From positions 67 to 64,066 of the forward strand of contig CBDUYM010000019.1 of the NCBI GenBank assembly GCA_965371465.1: a stretch of 64,000 bases of DNA. Reading direction: 5' to 3'. Shown here in pieces: positions 61,402 through 64,000 of the stretch. The position numbers and the translations under genes are program-made. The notes below the pieces were generated by a model that searched no databases, was not told the origin of the DNA, and worked only from the letters and a program-made list of their open reading frames with translations. Origin of the DNA: an uncultured Alphaproteobacteria bacterium (lineage in GTDB: Bacteria > Pseudomonadota > Alphaproteobacteria > CBDUYM01). How positions within the stretch are numbered: position 1 is the first letter of the stretch; every line of letters starts with the position of its first letter.

Positions 61402-62541
61402 CTACGCCTGAGGCGTAACCAGATACTTCTCACCTGTTGCCTGACGACCGTAGCTCAGGACGGAATCAAGCGTCAGCATATCGGGCAGCGACACTTCCTT
61501 TGTGTAGCTTGAAGCAAAAGTGGTCTTGATTTCGTCCGCAACTCTTTGCCGCAACCTGTCTGCTTCTGCAGCGCCGATCTTGGCCATGAACGGTGTCAAC
61601 AACCAGCCACCAAGGCCCCAGGACATGCCGTAAGCACGATTGAGGGTTGTTGGTGCGCGTTCCAGGCCACCGTAGATGTAGACCTGCTTGTAGGTTTGCG
61701 AGCCATAGCGGGACAGCCCGTCGCCGGAACGGCTGGCAGCAACCTCCATGGCCGCCAGAACGTCAGAGGCAAGCGTGCCGCCGCCCGTTGCATCAAAGCC
61801 GATGGTGGCCCCGGTGGCGGCCAGCGCGTCAACCAGCTCATCGCGGAAGTTCTCAGACGTGGAATTGACAACATATTTCGCGCCAATGTCCTTCAGAATT
61901 TTTTCCTGCTCCGGCTTTCTGACGACATTAACCAGATCGATGCCGTCTGCAATGCACAGTTTCTGGAGCATCTGACCAAGATTTGATGCGGCGGCTGTGT
62001 GCAGAAGCGCGGTGTGGCCCTCTGCGCGCATGGTCCCGCACATGCCGAGCGTGGTGAGCGGATTGACAAAACAGGACGCCCCCTCTTTCGCTGATGTGCC
62101 TTCATTCAGAACAAGGCATTCGGCGGCCTTGACGCAGACATACTGGCCATACATGGCGCGACCGAGAACAGCGATGGTTTTGCCCAGCAGGGCCTGCGCC
62201 TTGTCCGACGAGCCAGCCTTGACGACTTCACCGGCTCCTTCATTGCCGCAGGGCAACGGGTGGTCGATGCGCGCCTTCATGCCGGCAAAGAACGCCGGCG
62301 GGATCGGTGCGGTCAGAACTGTATCGCCGCCCGAGCCCGAAACTTCGGCTTTCGTCATGTCAGCGCCACTGAAGACGAGGCCCAGGTCCGATGGGTTGAT
62401 CGGTGCCGCTTCGACCCGGACAACAACTTCGTCATCCCCTGGATCAGCCACAGGCACGTTCGCCAGTGACAACTGGAGCTTCCCCTCCGCCAAAACGTTG
62501 GAACGCAGCTGTAGGCCTTCACTTGGGGCATTGCCTGCCAT
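61402..62541 (-). CDS. MDR-superfamily zinc-type alcohol dehydrogenase/quinone oxidoreductase-like
   Basis: GDDEVVVRVEAAPINPSD and PLPCGNEGAGEV GroES-like domain plus Rossmann fold. Confidence 0.6.
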   Translation of the reverse strand: MAGNAPSEGLQLRSNVLAEGKLQLSLANVPVADPGDDEVVVRVEAAPINPSDLGLVFSGADMTKAEVSGSGGDTVLTAPIPPAFFAGMKARIDHPLPCGNEGAGEVVKAGSSDKAQALLGKTIAVLGRAMYGQYVCVKAAECLVLNEGTSAKEGASCFVNPLTTLGMCGTMRAEGHTALLHTAAASNLGQMLQKLCIADGIDLVNVVRKPEQEKILKDIGAKYVVNSTSENFRDELVDALAATGATIGFDATGGGTLASDVLAAMEVAASRSGDGLSRYGSQTYKQVYIYGGLERAPTTLNRAYGMSWGLGGWLLTPFMAKIGAAEADRLRQRVADEIKTTFASSYTKEVSLPDMLTLDSVLSYGRQATGEKYLVTPQA

Positions 62542-62706
62542 GTCGTCTCTCCCTGAATTCTTTTTGGGACCTCTGCCGCTACAGAGGTTTCAATTTCTGC
62601 CCACAAGTTACCCGGACACGGCTGAAAGTAAAGCTGCCAGGTTGCCTTCAGTCAAACGGGATGTTCACATGGTGCCCATCGAAGCTCCAGAGGGGGATGG
62701 GAGAAA

Positions 62707-63039
62707 ATGCGTCAGCTCGTATGCATGATAGCGGCTCTGGCTCTGTTGGCCTGCGAGGAAGTATCTGACGCCCCCGAGCTGGTCAGCAAGATCGAGATTT
62801 CAGACGAGGTAGCGGGAAAGTTTGAAAGAAGCTGCATCCTCTGCCATGTCAACGGCGAAGGCGGCGCGCCCAGGATCGGACACATCGACGAATGGCAATC
62901 CCGCCTTCAGCAGGGCAGTGAGGTTCTCCTCATACACACCATCGAAGGCTTCAATGCCATGCCGCCGCTTGGCTATTGCATGTCATGCGAGCGTGAAGAT
63001 TTTCAGGCGATGATTCAGTTGATGACGGAGGACAACTGA
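62707..63039 (+). CDS. periplasmic c-type cytochrome (CxxCH)
   Basis: Signal peptide. A single heme-binding CILCH motif followed by a Met-containing PLGYCM. Confidence 0.65.
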   Translation: MRQLVCMIAALALLACEEVSDAPELVSKIEISDEVAGKFERSCILCHVNGEGGAPRIGHIDEWQSRLQQGSEVLLIHTIEGFNAMPPLGYCMSCEREDFQAMIQLMTEDN

Positions 63040-64000
63040 TGCCCCGGCTGACCCGTCGTCACTTTATGGCGAGCAGCGTCCTTGCGGCTGCATGGACGGC
63101 ACTCACCCCCGGCGTCATGGCACAGAGCGCGACGCCCTGGCGGAACTGGTCCGGCGGGCTGAGCGCAAACCCCGCAGGTCGATTTGCGCCGTCGAGTGAA
63201 GACGAACTCATCGAATTTCTGAAATCCAGCATTGGCAAGCTGCGCCCCGTCGGCTCGGGACACTCGTTTTCACCGCTGGTGCCCACGGATGGACATCTGA
63301 TTGTCATTGATCAGCTGTCGGGCATCCTGTCCGATAACGCCGGGGCCATGCAAACCACTATTGGGGCCGGAAGCCGTCTCGGCGATCTTGGCCCCCTGCT
63401 TGATCAGGCTGGCCAGGCCATGATGAATTTGCCAGACATTGACCGCCAGACCCTTGCCGGTGCAACGGCCACCGGTACGCATGGCACAGGAATCAGATTC
63501 AGCAACCTTTCGGGTTACGTCAGGGACCTGCGACTGATCACACCAGCAGGCCAGGTGGTTGAAGTGAACGAAGCCTCAGATTCTGATCTATTCGATGCCG
63601 CTCGCGTCAGCCTTGGCGCCCTCGGTGTCGTGACCCGGATGACAGTGCAAAACCGATCACCCTTCCGCCTCAAGGCCCGGACCTGGATGCAGGAGACCGA
63701 GGAAGTGCTTGAGAATTTTGATGCCTCGGCGGCTGCTCATCGCCACTTCGAGATGTTTCCGCTGACCCACTCGGACTATGCATCCGTGCTCGCCATTGAT
63801 GAGACGGATGAGCCGGTCAACAATCCCATCGCTGAGGACGACGGGTCCGCCGGTGCCTTCGCAGCCCTCGCGCTGGTCCCTCCGTCCATGCGTCGCCCTA
63901 TTGTTAACGGAATTGCGGCACTGAGCGAGCCAAGCGAGTTCGTCGATCAGTCCTGGAAAGTGCTCACCAATATCCGCAACAGCCGCTTCAATGAAATGGA
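63036..64000 (+). CDS. Tat-exported FAD-linked oxidase (aldonolactone/alditol oxidase-type FAD_binding_4), partial at window end
   Basis: Twin-arginine motif RRHFMAS. RPVGSGHSFS FAD-binding signature of the ALO/GULO family. ATGA overlap with the cytochrome c gene suggests a flavocytochrome pair. Confidence 0.65.
   Translation, partial: MMPRLTRRHFMASSVLAAAWTALTPGVMAQSATPWRNWSGGLSANPAGRFAPSSEDELIEFLKSSIGKLRPVGSGHSFSPLVPTDGHLIVIDQLSGILSDNAGAMQTTIGAGSRLGDLGPLLDQAGQAMMNLPDIDRQTLAGATATGTHGTGIRFSNLSGYVRDLRLITPAGQVVEVNEASDSDLFDAARVSLGALGVVTRMTVQNRSPFRLKARTWMQETEEVLENFDASAAAHRHFEMFPLTHSDYASVLAIDETDEPVNNPIAEDDGSAGAFAALALVPPSMRRPIVNGIAALSEPSEFVDQSWKVLTNIRNSRFNEM

Noticed and set aside
1-64000. Mobile-element genes (transposase, integrase, recombinase) marking the AT-rich segments
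   Set aside because: No ORF in either AT-rich segment shows integrase or transposase motifs on reading the translations (tyrosine-recombinase R..H..R..Y, DDE). The island interpretation rests on composition, cargo type, the tRNA junction and the gene fragment only.

Overview
The window is 64 kb of high-GC bacterial chromosome, probably alphaproteobacterial; the taxon is inferred from an xseB-ispA-dxs operon, LuxR/LuxI, selA-selB-selC and overall gene content, not from any computed statistic. Most of it is a dense core-gene backbone. It carries a fused single-chain biotin carboxylase (BC-BCCP-CT), a tandem-fused CoA transferase, a D-aminoacylase, a NUDIX hydrolase and two tandem PhyH-family dioxygenases. 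It also carries a compact selA-selB-tRNA-Sec locus, a run of transporters (CaCA, APC, DUF485+ActP, CPA2, CDF) and housekeeping genes (purN, pdxH, fabI, aroC, dxs, ispA, xseB). A flavocytochrome-type oxidase is cut off at the right edge. Two segments look more AT-rich than their surroundings by eye and carry accessory-type cargo. The first, about 3.33-5.56 kb, holds an HTH-XRE protein with an unrecognised C-terminal domain, transcribed divergently from a cytoplasmic trypsin-like serine protease. The second, about 16.6-25.97 kb, ends exactly at the 3' end of tRNA-Sec. It holds a truncated antiporter gene, a LuxR/LuxI quorum-sensing pair with a lux-box-like palindrome, a small ORF, an XRE regulator, and an operon of MaoC dehydratase, TPR-sulfotransferase, TPR-oxygenase (ASPH-like) and a secreted PQQ beta-propeller. 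Elsewhere, a LonC-type Lon-like protease with a degenerate Walker A is translationally coupled to a tandem USP protein. I found no CRISPR array, transposase or integrase. All coordinates are from manual codon tracing. No database searches were run.
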